Assembly: GCA_947486375.1 (NCBI GenBank)
Contig: CANKTP010000001.1
Span: forward strand, 17,118 to 81,117
Source of the DNA: Candidatus Hydrogenedentota bacterium
GTDB taxonomy: Bacteria > Hydrogenedentota > Hydrogenedentia > Hydrogenedentales > GCA-2746185
Direction of reading: 5' to 3'
Length of the DNA stretch: 64,000 bases
Each line of letters begins with the position of its first letter. Positions within the stretch are counted from its first letter, which is position 1. The translations under genes and the position numbers were made by a program. Below, piece after piece: positions 52,093 to 61,514 of the stretch. The notes beneath the pieces were generated by a model. That model saw nothing but the letters and a program-made list of their open reading frames with translations. It made no database searches and was not told the DNA's origin.

Positions 52093-52871
52093 TGGCACGG
52101 CCCCGCAAACGCAGGCGGGCTGGACGCGGACGTTTCGTCGATCGTCCCATCGCATATGTCCTGGAGGCCGCGCTCGCCCTCGGCCTGCTCTACACGTTCG
52201 GCCAATCGTTCTATTCATACGCGCAGACCTCGCCTGCCTTCGGCGTCCGGAATATCCAGGCCCTGGGACTCCAGCGGCTCGACCTCGACGAGGTCGTCGC
52301 GGCGTCGGGCCTCACCACCGGGGACAACCTGTTGTTCCTCGACAAGGACGCCATCCGCGCGCGCGTCGAGTCCATGCCCTATGTGAAGTCCTGCGGCTTG
52401 CGGGTATCGTTTCCCGATCTCGTCATCCTCGACGTGGTCGAGCGCGAACCCTTCGCGGCGCTCTTGGTGCATAGCCGGTCATATGAGATCGATGCCGACG
52501 GCACCGTGTTGCGGGAGGTTGGCACCGCCGAGATGCCCCTCGCGCCCTTCATCAGTTGCGTGGGCGGACTGGAATTCGTCGACCTCGGCGACCGCATCGG
52601 CCTGCCCGCCCTGCAAGCCGCCCTCGAGCTTTGGAAAGTGTTCGGCGCCTCGCCGCTCGCGCGGCAATTCGAGATATCCGAAATCGCCGCGATTCATGAG
52701 GACGACCTTCGAATGTACGGTGCGGCCGTTCCCTACGAATTGCGCTGGGGACGGGGTGAATTCGCGGACCAGGCCCGTCGCCTAGAGATTCTATGGGAAA
52801 ACAAGGGAGGAGAGTTGGGATGCAACGAATTCCTCGATCTACGTTTCGGCGAAGGCCTGGTCTGCCGCTAG
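52092..52871 (+). CDS. ftsQ: Cell division protein FtsQ/DivIB (TM anchor + POTRA domain)
   Basis: The ATG overlaps the murC stop (ATGA). The N-terminus is basic and followed by a TM helix 'IAYVLEAALALGLLYTF'. A POTRA-like block 'VRNIQALGLQRLDLDEVVAASGL..GDNLLFLDKDAIRARVESMPYVKSCGL' is present. Confidence 0.75.
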   Translation: MARPRKRRRAGRGRFVDRPIAYVLEAALALGLLYTFGQSFYSYAQTSPAFGVRNIQALGLQRLDLDEVVAASGLTTGDNLLFLDKDAIRARVESMPYVKSCGLRVSFPDLVILDVVEREPFAALLVHSRSYEIDADGTVLREVGTAEMPLAPFISCVGGLEFVDLGDRIGLPALQAALELWKVFGASPLARQFEISEIAAIHEDDLRMYGAAVPYELRWGRGEFADQARRLEILWENKGGELGCNEFLDLRFGEGLVCR

Positions 52872-52965
52872 GATGGCCAACCGCGATACCGGGTTTGGAA
52901 ACATGCGTGATAGGATTATCAACGGGGTCTTCCGGGGCATGCCGGAAGCACGGAAAGGACCAGCG

Positions 52966-54222
52966 ATGAACATCGGGATATCGGATGAGCTCACGTCGTT
53001 CGACCAGGGGGCCGTCATCAAAGTCTGCGGCGTCGGCGGCGGCGGCAACAACGCCGTCATGCGGATGATCGAGGAGGGGCTTTCGGATGTGGAATTCATT
53101 GCAATCAATACGGACGCCCAGGCCCTCAAGAAGTCGCCGGCGGCGGTCCGGCTCCAAGTCGGCGCAGAGGTCACCGGCGGACTCGGTTCCGGCGCCAAGC
53201 CCGAGATAGGCCAGAAGGCCGCGATGGAGGATCGCGAGCGCATCGCGGATGTGCTTCGCGGGGCCGACATGGTCTTCATCACGGCCGGCATGGGTGGCGG
53301 CACCGGCACCGGCGCGGCGCCGATCGTGGCCGAGGTGGCCCGCTCGGGCGGCGCGCTCACGGTTGGGATCGTCACGCTCCCCTTCGGTTTCGAGGGAAAC
53401 GAGCGGATGGACAACGCCATGCGCGGCCTGGAGGCGCTCGAGCAACATGTCGACACCCTAATCGTCGTTCCCAACGATCGGGTCGCCGAGCTGTGCCAGA
53501 ACAACGTGTCGCTCCTCGATGCGTTCAAGCGCGCCGACGAGGTCCTCCATAACGGCGTGCGCGCTATCAGCGAGTTGATTACGGTTCCCGGTCTCATCAA
53601 TCTCGACTTTGCCGACGTGCGCACCATCATGCAATCCCGCGGCCGCGCCTTGATGGGGATCGGGGTCGCCGAGGGCGAGGGCCGCGCCATCCGCGCGGCC
53701 GAGGAGGCCATCATCTGTCCCTTGCTCGAGCAGTCGAACATACACGGCGCCATGGGCGTCATCGCCAACGTCAAGGGCGGGCGCGATATCGGCATGCGCG
53801 AGGTGCAGGATGCCGTGACCGCCGTGCAGAGGGCCGCGCATCCCAACGCCAACATCATTTTCGGCGCGGTCGTGGACGAACAAGAGCGTACCCAAATACA
53901 AGTCACCGTCATCGCAGCCGGATTCAGCAACCGCGCCACCGGGGGCCTTGCCCGCCAGCACCGCGCCGCCGCCGCGGACAATGTGATCGAGCTCCGGTCG
54001 AAGGAGCCCAAGGCCCGCGAGGTGGCTCCCGTGGCCGCGGCGCCCGCCTCCGCGGTTCCCGAGGTGCCAAGTCCCGCGACCGCGCAACCCAAGGCGCCGG
54101 AGCCCGAGCCGGATTATTTGTTTCCCCAAGACGAGCCCGCCGCCCGTCTCCCCAAGGCCTCGGATCCGGACGACGATATGAGCATTCCCGCGTTCATGCG
54201 GAACCGGAAGAAGTCGTCGTGA
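52966..54222 (+). CDS. ftsZ: Cell division GTPase FtsZ
   Basis: 'IKVCGVGGGGNNAV', the tubulin signature 'GMGGGTGTGAAPIVA' and 'NLDFADVRTIM' are present. The track ORF starts at 52873. The internal ATG at 52966 has GAAAGGA 6 nt upstream. It gives an N-terminus of typical length, 15 aa before 'AVIKV'. Confidence 0.85.
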   Translation: MNIGISDELTSFDQGAVIKVCGVGGGGNNAVMRMIEEGLSDVEFIAINTDAQALKKSPAAVRLQVGAEVTGGLGSGAKPEIGQKAAMEDRERIADVLRGADMVFITAGMGGGTGTGAAPIVAEVARSGGALTVGIVTLPFGFEGNERMDNAMRGLEALEQHVDTLIVVPNDRVAELCQNNVSLLDAFKRADEVLHNGVRAISELITVPGLINLDFADVRTIMQSRGRALMGIGVAEGEGRAIRAAEEAIICPLLEQSNIHGAMGVIANVKGGRDIGMREVQDAVTAVQRAAHPNANIIFGAVVDEQERTQIQVTVIAAGFSNRATGGLARQHRAAAADNVIELRSKEPKAREVAPVAAAPASAVPEVPSPATAQPKAPEPEPDYLFPQDEPAARLPKASDPDDDMSIPAFMRNRKKSS

Positions 54223-55325
54223 AAGACCATCGGGACCAATTTTTAAAACTGCTCCAGCGTGCCATCCAGAAGGATGCCTCGGACATACATATGAAGTCGG
54301 GCAGCCTGCCGTATTACCGCATTGATGGCCGGGTCGAGCCCCAGGGCTCCGAGGCCCTCCAGACGGAAGACATCGAGACAATCCTTTCCGTCCTGTTCAG
54401 CGACGAGCAGCGCAAGCACTTCGCGCGTAACGGCGATATCGACCTCGCGTTTACCGAGCGCGGCGTCGGACGTTTCCGCGTCAACGTGTTCCGCCAACGC
54501 GGGCTCGTGTCGATTGTGATGCGGCGCATCAAGAGCAAGATCCTGAATTTCGAGCAGCTCTATTTGCCCGAGGGCGTGCGGCGCCTCACCGAGTTCGTCC
54601 GCGGCCTTGTGCTCATCACCGGCACGACCGGCAGCGGGAAATCCACCACGCTCGCCTCGATCATCGACGCCATCAACGACACGCGCAAGTGCCATATCGT
54701 CACCATCGAGGACCCGATCGAGTTCGTCCACACCGACAAGAAGGCCGTCGTCAACCAGCGCGAGATCAACATCGACACCCGGGACTTCTCCTCCGCCCTA
54801 AAGGCCATGATGCGGCAAGACCCCGACGTGATTCTCATCGGCGAAATGCGCGACTTCGAGACCTTCCAAGCCTGCATTTCCGCCTCCGAGACCGGGCACC
54901 TGGTCTTCAGCACCCTGCACACGTCCAACGTGATGCAAACCATCGACCGAATCATCGATCTGTTCCCGTCCACCCAGCACGACCAGGTCCGCTCGCAGCT
55001 CTCGTTGCAACTCAAGGCCATCATGTGCCTGCGGTTGCTGCCCAGGGCCGACGGAATAGGCCGCGTTCCCGCCTGCGAATTGCTCTTTGGGAGCCCGATG
55101 GTGCGCAAACTCATCAAGGAAAACCGGATATCGCAGATCGAGACGGCCATCCAACAGGGTCGCGACGACGGGATGCTCACCTTCAACGACAGCCTCTACG
55201 GCCTGATCAAGTCCAAGCTCATCACCTACGAAGAAGGCCTCAATATCTCCGAAAACTCCGAGGAACTCAACATGATGCTCCAGGGAATCCGCCTGAATTC
55301 GGCCCGCGGCGGCATCATGAGGTAA
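54219..55325 (+). CDS. pilT: Type IV pilus retraction ATPase PilT/PilU family
   Basis: The GTG start overlaps the ftsZ stop (GTGA). 'ASDIHMKSG...YRIDGRV', Walker A 'GTTGSGKSTT', 'TIEDPIEF', 'ILIGEMRD' and the His box 'TLHT' are present. Confidence 0.85.
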   Translation: MKDHRDQFLKLLQRAIQKDASDIHMKSGSLPYYRIDGRVEPQGSEALQTEDIETILSVLFSDEQRKHFARNGDIDLAFTERGVGRFRVNVFRQRGLVSIVMRRIKSKILNFEQLYLPEGVRRLTEFVRGLVLITGTTGSGKSTTLASIIDAINDTRKCHIVTIEDPIEFVHTDKKAVVNQREINIDTRDFSSALKAMMRQDPDVILIGEMRDFETFQACISASETGHLVFSTLHTSNVMQTIDRIIDLFPSTQHDQVRSQLSLQLKAIMCLRLLPRADGIGRVPACELLFGSPMVRKLIKENRISQIETAIQQGRDDGMLTFNDSLYGLIKSKLITYEEGLNISENSEELNMMLQGIRLNSARGGIMR

Positions 55326-55523
55326 AAGTACCCTTGGGCCGCGCGGCGAAGCGGCCCGATGCGCATATGGTTCGATAATGCCGCGGGATTACCCGCAGAA
55401 ATCCCGCAGTGCCTGCGGGCCCTGCGCTTCGGAATGTCACTTGGGCGTCGTCCGGATGATCGCGCGGGCTCGATACGTTATAATGCGTGCGCTGCCCCCA
55501 CCGAGAAATCAAGGAGAACCGGC

Positions 55524-56393
55524 ATGTTTCGCGGATCGGTTGTCGCGTTGGTCACCCCGTTCAAGCAGGATTTCAGCATCGATTTCGACGCCTACGCGCG
55601 CCTGATCGAGTTCCAAATCGAGAACGGCACGCACGGCATTGTCCCCTGCGGATGCACGGGCGAAGCCGCCACCCTGAGCCACGACGAGCAGAAGGCGATC
55701 ATCAAGTATTGCGTCGAGCGCGTCGCGGGGCGTGTAGCCGTGGTCGCGGGGACGGGATCGAATAACACCAAGGAAGCGCTCAATCTCACGGCCTACGCCA
55801 AGGAAGTCGGCGCGGACGCGGCGCTATTGATCACCCCCTACTACAACAAGCCTACCGCCGCCGGGCTCATCGCGCACTACACCCTCATCGCCGAGAAGAC
55901 CGGCATTCCCATCATGCTGTACAACGTGCCGGGCCGGACAGGGACCAAGATTAGCCCCGAGACCATCGCCCAACTCAGCAAGGTTGCCCACATCGTGTCT
56001 GTGAAGGAGGCCTGCGGTAGCGTCGAGCAAGTCACGGACATCCTCAGTCTCTGCGACATCAACGTCATGTCGGGCGACGATTCGTTGACCCTTCCCATGA
56101 TGGCGGTGGGCGCACGCGGCGTCGTGTCGGTCGCGGCGAACGTCGTCCCGGACCGCGTGGCCGCCATGTGCAACGTATTCGACGAGGGCGACATCGAGGG
56201 TGCCCGGAAGATTCACTACGAACTCGCGCCCTTGGTCAAGGCCCTCTTCGTCGAGACCAACCCCATGCCCGTCAAGGCGATTCTCGCCGCAATGGGCATG
56301 ATCGAGAATGTCCTTCGGCTTCCCCTCACGCCAATGTTGCCCGAGAAATTCCGCTCGATAGAGCCCGTCATCGGCGCCTTGGCGGTTTCCTAG
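55524..56393 (+). CDS. dapA: 4-hydroxy-tetrahydrodipicolinate synthase
   Basis: An internal ATG at 55524 has AAGGAG 8 nt upstream. 'MFRGSVVALVTPF', 'GIVPCGCTGEAATLS', 'GTGSNNTKEA' and the Schiff-base lysine context 'VSVKEA' are present. Confidence 0.85.
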   Translation: MFRGSVVALVTPFKQDFSIDFDAYARLIEFQIENGTHGIVPCGCTGEAATLSHDEQKAIIKYCVERVAGRVAVVAGTGSNNTKEALNLTAYAKEVGADAALLITPYYNKPTAAGLIAHYTLIAEKTGIPIMLYNVPGRTGTKISPETIAQLSKVAHIVSVKEACGSVEQVTDILSLCDINVMSGDDSLTLPMMAVGARGVVSVAANVVPDRVAAMCNVFDEGDIEGARKIHYELAPLVKALFVETNPMPVKAILAAMGMIENVLRLPLTPMLPEKFRSIEPVIGALAVS

Positions 56394-56463
56394 GGCTTCG
56401 ACGGGATCGATTCCTTCGCCGATCCGGGAACACGCACTCGGCGGTTCCGCGCCGTCATTCATC

Positions 56464-57054
56464 TCAATCGCCGTCGCGAATCTGCCTGACCGTCGCCAAG
56501 GGAAACCCGGACACCTTTCGGATTCGGTCGAACGGCAGATATACGCCGTACACCCTGCCGATGATCGATGCCTTGGGCACCCCCGCGACTCGGGGCGGCG
56601 ACGATTCCTCGACCGCCCAGTTGTGGCTGTCGACGCTCTCGTTCCGGTTGTCGCCGAGCACGAAGATTTCATCTTCCGCCACCCGGTAGGGTTCGAGGGC
56701 ATAGTCGATCTCCTCCCGCAGGTAGGGTTCCGACGCGAAACTTCCGTTCAGGAACAGCGCCCCTCCGCGAACCGAGACCTCGTCGCCGCCGAGCGCAATC
56801 AGGCGTTTCACCAGATACTCGCCCGGAAACACCGGGTCGTCTATCACCACGATGTCACCGCGCCGATACGGTTCGCCCTGTAGTGTCACGAGATACTCCG
56901 GCGGCACAAGGGTCGGCTCCATCGAGCGGGTGGGCACGACGAAGAAACGCATCTGGCGGGCCACGAGAAGGTATATCAAGCACAACGATAAGACAATGAT
57001 GAGAACGTACCGGACATTTCTCCGAAAAAGGGAGGTCCTTCGGCTACGGCGCAT
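56464..57054 (-). CDS. lepB: Signal peptidase I
   Basis: The TM anchor is 'YVLIIVLSLCLIYLL'. The catalytic Ser block is 'VVPTRSMEPTL', the Lys block is 'YLVKRLIALGGD' and 'VLGDNRNESVDS' is present. Confidence 0.85.
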   Translation of the reverse strand: MRRSRRTSLFRRNVRYVLIIVLSLCLIYLLVARQMRFFVVPTRSMEPTLVPPEYLVTLQGEPYRRGDIVVIDDPVFPGEYLVKRLIALGGDEVSVRGGALFLNGSFASEPYLREEIDYALEPYRVAEDEIFVLGDNRNESVDSHNWAVEESSPPRVAGVPKASIIGRVYGVYLPFDRIRKVSGFPLATVRQIRDGD

Positions 57055-57150
57055 CGGTAAACCCGGAATCAGCCGTTGCAGGGGACTGACTCCGCCTTTT
57101 GCCCGGCAGTTTGGGCAAAACGCGGTGTCTGTCCCTCGCCCTCGCGCGGC

Positions 57151-58098
57151 TCACGACTTCGGCGCGGCCGGGGCTTGCGCCCGCTCCAGTAATTTCTTGG
57201 TCGGGTCGCTGTCCGGGTGCAACTCGAGCGCGGCGTGGAGAGGCGGCACCGCCAGTTCCGGCTTGCCTTCGTTTAGCCGGCAACGGGCCTCGTTCAAGTA
57301 CGTGTGGAACCGGTCTTGGTTGGTCCGGGCCAGCGTGCGCGCCGCCGCAAAGGCCTTCGCGGCCTCCCCCCAATCCACCTCGACCTTGAAGTTTTCCCCC
57401 GCAAAAAAATTCACGGCGTAATCCAGGCACATTTCGTAATCGTCCGGTGCGAACTTCGCGGCTTCGCGCGAGAGCCGCATTGCTTCCTTGTAAATCTTCT
57501 CCGGCTTCATGTCGTATCGGGCCTGGATGTCTGGGAAAAACAAGAGGTACATCTGCGCGAGGTTGTAGAGGTAGTCGGGATTCTTCTTGTCCAACTTCAA
57601 CGCCCGGCCCAGGTGAGTTAACCCCCGTGTGGGATCGCCCGAATGAAAGTAATGGATTCCAAGGTTGTTATGGGCCCGGTGTTCCTTCTCGTCGAGCTGC
57701 AAGGCCAACAACCACAACCGCACCCCGTCCATCGACTGGCCCCGGTAATCGTACATCACCTCGCCGAGGTACGTGTTCGCGCGCGCGTTATTCGGATAAC
57801 AATCGAGCGCATAACGCCAAGCCGTCTCGACCAAGTCGATCCGCCGCGTCGATTCCTCGATCTTCGCCTTTGCCAAGTCCTCCTTTTGCGCCGAGGCATA
57901 TTCGCCCGCGAGGGTCCGGTCCCATTCGACGAGGTCCTGCTGTTGCTTGTCGAGCCGGCGAACGGCGTCCACGAGCGCCTCCTCGTCGTCTTGAAGCGAC
58001 AACAGGTGCATCAATTCGAGAGGGAGCGGCGGATCCGCGCACATGCCGGGGAACGCCCCCGCGAACGCGACCAAGCCCATGACGACGAAATGTTTCAT
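57151..58098 (-). CDS. Secreted TPR-repeat protein
   Basis: The signal peptide is 'MKHFVVMGLVAFAGAFPGMCA' (ATG at 58098; an alternative ATG lies 4 codons upstream at 58110). Multiple 34-aa TPR-like units are present, for example 'ANTYLGEVMYDYRGQSMDGVRLWLLALQLD' and 'AHNNLGIHYFHSGDPTRGLTHLGRALKLD'. Confidence 0.65.
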   Translation of the reverse strand: MKHFVVMGLVAFAGAFPGMCADPPLPLELMHLLSLQDDEEALVDAVRRLDKQQQDLVEWDRTLAGEYASAQKEDLAKAKIEESTRRIDLVETAWRYALDCYPNNARANTYLGEVMYDYRGQSMDGVRLWLLALQLDEKEHRAHNNLGIHYFHSGDPTRGLTHLGRALKLDKKNPDYLYNLAQMYLLFFPDIQARYDMKPEKIYKEAMRLSREAAKFAPDDYEMCLDYAVNFFAGENFKVEVDWGEAAKAFAAARTLARTNQDRFHTYLNEARCRLNEGKPELAVPPLHAALELHPDSDPTKKLLERAQAPAAPKS

Positions 58099-58125
58099 GA
58101 CAAACCCCATACAATCCGGTGGGAG

Positions 58126-58458
58126 TTAAATAAGTTGGAGTTCCGCGACTTCCATCCCGCCTTCGTGGCGGAACGTCACTCCAAGGGGAAGCTCCTGGCC
58201 CCGGCGAACGATGTGAAAACGGGCCTGTTGCGGATGTCCGTTGGATGCCGGGGGAAGGTTGGCCAGCTCGCGCAATCGCGAAAGCAGGTCCACCGTCTCC
58301 TTGGCCGGCGGGTGTGGAAACGCCACATACTCGCCGCCCACCCGCATCTCGATGCGGAACCCGCGTTCGATCCGGGTTATCCGGATGTCGTTCGTCTCCA
58401 GCCGAAGCGCCTCGACGACGAGACTGCGAATATAGGTGTCGATCGAAGAGTAGTCCAT
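58126..58458 (-). CDS. Orphan ~110-aa protein resembling only the N-terminal (N2) region of GspE/PilB/PilT-type secretion ATPases. It has no ATPase core.
   Basis: The ATG at 58458 has AAGGAG 7-8 nt upstream. 'NDIRITRIERGFRIEMRVGGEY...LSRLRELANLPPASNGHPQQARFHIVRRG...LGVTFRHEGGMEVAELQLI' aligns by eye to the region preceding the Walker A in these ATPases. The first corresponding block is ASDIH..p....R.DG. The second is sRik.la.ld.ae.R.PQDGR. The third is lRvSt.Pt..GEkvvlRil. Confidence 0.5.
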   Translation of the reverse strand: MDYSSIDTYIRSLVVEALRLETNDIRITRIERGFRIEMRVGGEYVAFPHPPAKETVDLLSRLRELANLPPASNGHPQQARFHIVRRGQELPLGVTFRHEGGMEVAELQLI

Positions 58459-58504
58459 GGATAGGTCTCCTTTCCTGTGTTCGCGCCACGGTGGGGCCGC
58501 GAAC

Positions 58505-59446
58505 TCACGAGTATACCGAATCTTCACCCCCCTTTTGCCAGATGAAAGCCGACACGGGCCTCGCCATGCGAAACCCGAGACGTTCGTACAGCCGCCGCGC
58601 GGGGTTGGCAAGCGTCACCCCCAAGTCCATTCGCTGTATCCCCCGGTCCCGGTAGGTCCCGGCAAGGTCGCGCAACAACTGCATCCCAAGGCCGCGCCCG
58701 CGATACTTCGGCAAGACAGCCAGGTGCAGCACGAAGCCGATGCCCGGCGGTTCCTCGCAGCCAAGCACAATGCCCGCAATTTCCCCGTCAACCGTTGCGT
58801 GCAGGGCGTAACCGGGGAACACGCGGCCGTAGCCGCCGGACATCGCGGAGCATACGAATGTCGCCGCCTCCAAAAGGCTACTCGCCTCCGGATGCAGTTC
58901 GTTTCCCGGTTCCCCCCTGTAGGCCTCGTGCAATACCCGCGCGGCGCGATCAATGTCGCCGGGTTGAAGATCGAGGGACACTCGCTCCATGCCGGCAACG
59001 GTCGATACCTCCGCTGACATGAGGGCGCGTTCGAACGGCGTAAAACCCAGTGAGGCAAATGCCGTTTCCAGCCGGGCCTCACAGAAGCACAAGGGCTCCG
59101 CGAAGATGCGTCCCACGCCGTCCGACCGTAACGACTCGACCAAGGCCCCCACTAGGTGACTTTCCGCTCCAATCCCTGCCGCTTCCTTCAAGACATGCAA
59201 AAACGAGATGTGCCCCGTGCCGTTTCGGTTGACGGCCATGGCCAAACCAATGGTACGTCCATCGGACGTCGCCGCGGCCACGGACACCAAGGGATGCCGG
59301 ACCATTTGGGCCAGGTTTTCCCTCGCATGCGCGGAATTGCCCCGGGCAATCTCCCGCCCGTACAGCTCCTCCATCCCCTCCTGAATCTCAATCCAAAACT
59401 CCGCGTCATTTTCCGGAAGCGAATTCGGGTATTCAATCTGTATCAT
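58505..59446 (-). CDS. GNAT-family N-acetyltransferase (probably tandem GNAT fold)
   Basis: Two acetyl-CoA-binding-like blocks are present: 'ISFLHVLKEAAGIGAESHLV' and 'LHLAVLPKYRGRGLGMQLLRDL'. The track start at 59470 is TTG; the first ATG is at 59446. Confidence 0.65.
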   Translation of the reverse strand: MIQIEYPNSLPENDAEFWIEIQEGMEELYGREIARGNSAHARENLAQMVRHPLVSVAAATSDGRTIGLAMAVNRNGTGHISFLHVLKEAAGIGAESHLVGALVESLRSDGVGRIFAEPLCFCEARLETAFASLGFTPFERALMSAEVSTVAGMERVSLDLQPGDIDRAARVLHEAYRGEPGNELHPEASSLLEAATFVCSAMSGGYGRVFPGYALHATVDGEIAGIVLGCEEPPGIGFVLHLAVLPKYRGRGLGMQLLRDLAGTYRDRGIQRMDLGVTLANPARRLYERLGFRMARPVSAFIWQKGGEDSVYS

Positions 59447-59625
59447 GACCCCAGTATACACGGCATCCAACCCGGTAATCGCGGATTCGTGGGGAACATA
59501 GGGGGCAGGGCGGGGTTAATCAAGCGCGAAACGCTAAGCACCACTCACGATTAGCCGTGGCTTATTGTTATGATTCCTAATGATTCCCTGCTTGACCATG
59601 ACCCAAGCCAACATTTCGAGATCAA

Positions 59626-60141
59626 ATGAACGATCCATTGATCAATCAGGCCCGATTGCTCCACCCGGTGATATCAAGGCTGCGCAATCTCACGATGGCG
59701 AAAGTCCTTGTGCCTGCCGAATCGATGGCCGATTGCGCGGGTGCCCAATTAACTATTCCACAATGGAACACATTGACCGTCATTCGTGAACACAAGGACA
59801 TGAGCGTCAAAGACCTTGCCGAGGCCCAACATGTGTCTGCTCCGTCGGCATCGGCCATGGTCGAGCGGCTCGTCGAGATGGGTTTCGTCGTCAGGGAGCC
59901 CAGCCGGATAGACCGCCGCGAGGTCCGCCTGACGCTGTCGCCCGCAGGCAATGCCGGGGTGGATGCGATGGAGAGACACTTGCTCCAGTCGATCATCGAG
60001 ATCCTGGAGCGAATCGGACCCGAGGCAGCCCGTCAATGGGTGGACGTGTACGAGAAGATTCGGGTCGTGCTAGACGAGGATGAAGCAGTCGATCGGCCGT
60101 CATTCGGCGGCCGCATATCCCAAGGGAGCCAAGCGGTATGA
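59626..60141 (+). CDS. MarR-family transcriptional regulator
   Basis: Winged-HTH blocks: 'LTIPQWNTLTVIREHKDMSVKDLAEAQHVSAPSASAMVERLVEMGFVVREPSRIDRREVRLTLSPAG'. The stop overlaps the start of the downstream adaptor gene by 4 nt. Confidence 0.8.
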   Translation: MNDPLINQARLLHPVISRLRNLTMAKVLVPAESMADCAGAQLTIPQWNTLTVIREHKDMSVKDLAEAQHVSAPSASAMVERLVEMGFVVREPSRIDRREVRLTLSPAGNAGVDAMERHLLQSIIEILERIGPEAARQWVDVYEKIRVVLDEDEAVDRPSFGGRISQGSQAV

Positions 60142-61514
60142 GCAAGACATCGGCATCAAGAACGGTTTTTGTCCTCGTCGCATGCGCCGGAATTCTTGCC
60201 GCCGGCGTCGTTTCGATGCTTACCTTGGTTTCGATGCGGCAGCCGCCGGCCCAAGCGGAGATCAAGGAACGCGCCATGCGCGTGGTTGTGCAGGCGGCCA
60301 AGATTGAGGATGTGCCCGTGCTCATCACGGGCTACGGACAAGTGCGCGCCCGCGACGTAGTCACAGTCGCGCCCGAGGTCACGGGCAAGGTCGCCAAAAT
60401 TCACCCGCGGCTCGAGGTGGGCGAACTCATTCCTGCGGGCGAGGTTCTCTTCGAGATCGATCCCCGGGATTACGCCGCCCGTCACGACAACGCCGAGGCC
60501 ACGGCGAAACAGCTCGAGGTCACCGTCGAGCGATTGAAAAAGGAATTCGGGATCGACAAGGAACGCTTCCAGACATGGAGCCGCAGCCGGGACCTTGCCA
60601 AATCCGAATTCGACCGGGTGAGCCAGCTCCTCGCCAAGGACCAGGTAGGGACCCAGTCCGGGCTCGACCAATCCGAGCGCGCCTACAACCAGGCCAAGGA
60701 TCAGGCTGACCAGTTGGCGCAACAGATTGACCTTTATCCCCTGCGCATCCAGGAAGCCGAGAGCTCGCTGGCGTCGGCCCGTGCAATGCACCAGATGGCG
60801 CAGGCGAATCTCGACCGCACCGTCGTGCGTGCGCCCTTCGACGCCCGGGTCAAGGAGGTCAAGCTCGAGGCCGGCGCCTACGCCATGCAAGGCATGCAGG
60901 CCCTGACGCTCGCCAACGACACCATCCTCGAGATCAGCGTGCCGCTCGACAGCCGCGAGGCGCGCGACTGGCTGTATTTCGAGGATGCCGCCGCCATCGA
61001 TAACCCGGACAAGGCCTGGTTCAGCCGGCTTAAACAGACTCCCTGCGAAATATACTGGACGGAAGGCGAGGGCGAGGACAAATGGACGGGCACGCTTAAC
61101 CGCGTCGAGCAATTCGACCAGCAAACGCGCACGCTCACGGTGGTGATCCAGGTGAAAGGGGCAGACGCCCTTTCCGTGGGAGACAAGCGCTTGCCGATGG
61201 TAGAGGGTATGTTCTGCAAAGTATCGATTCCGGGCCGCATCGCCAAGTCCGTCGTGCGAATCCCGGCCGAGTCGCTTGCCTTCGACCGTGACGCCCAGGG
61301 CTTCCGGACGTTGTACCTCGCGAAACCCGGCGACTCCAATGAATTGCGCCTCACTGCCGTCAAGGTGAAGGAGGTCTACCAACGCGGCGAACTGGCGTAT
61401 ATCGGCGAGGGCCTGAAAGACGGCGACCTGATCGTCACGACCCACCTGGTGAACCCGCTCGATAACTCGCTCCTCGATACGGAGAACGCCGAGGGCGCGG
61501 AGATCGGCTCGTGA
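60138..61514 (+). CDS. Efflux RND transporter periplasmic adaptor subunit (membrane fusion protein)
   Basis: An N-terminal TM anchor is followed by lipoyl/barrel-sandwich motifs 'VTVAPEVTGKVAKI' and 'GEVLFEIDPRDY'. There is a long coiled-coil hairpin, and 'TVVRAPFDARV' is present. Confidence 0.8.
   Translation: MSKTSASRTVFVLVACAGILAAGVVSMLTLVSMRQPPAQAEIKERAMRVVVQAAKIEDVPVLITGYGQVRARDVVTVAPEVTGKVAKIHPRLEVGELIPAGEVLFEIDPRDYAARHDNAEATAKQLEVTVERLKKEFGIDKERFQTWSRSRDLAKSEFDRVSQLLAKDQVGTQSGLDQSERAYNQAKDQADQLAQQIDLYPLRIQEAESSLASARAMHQMAQANLDRTVVRAPFDARVKEVKLEAGAYAMQGMQALTLANDTILEISVPLDSREARDWLYFEDAAAIDNPDKAWFSRLKQTPCEIYWTEGEGEDKWTGTLNRVEQFDQQTRTLTVVIQVKGADALSVGDKRLPMVEGMFCKVSIPGRIAKSVVRIPAESLAFDRDAQGFRTLYLAKPGDSNELRLTAVKVKEVYQRGELAYIGEGLKDGDLIVTTHLVNPLDNSLLDTENAEGAEIGS

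Noticed and set aside
52873-52965. Longer FtsZ N-terminus starting at ATG 52873, immediately after the ftsQ stop
   Set aside because: It is possible. The ATG at 52966 has a far better RBS (GAAAGGA) and gives an N-terminal length typical of FtsZ. The 31-aa extension is unconserved. It is kept as an alternative, not a separate feature.
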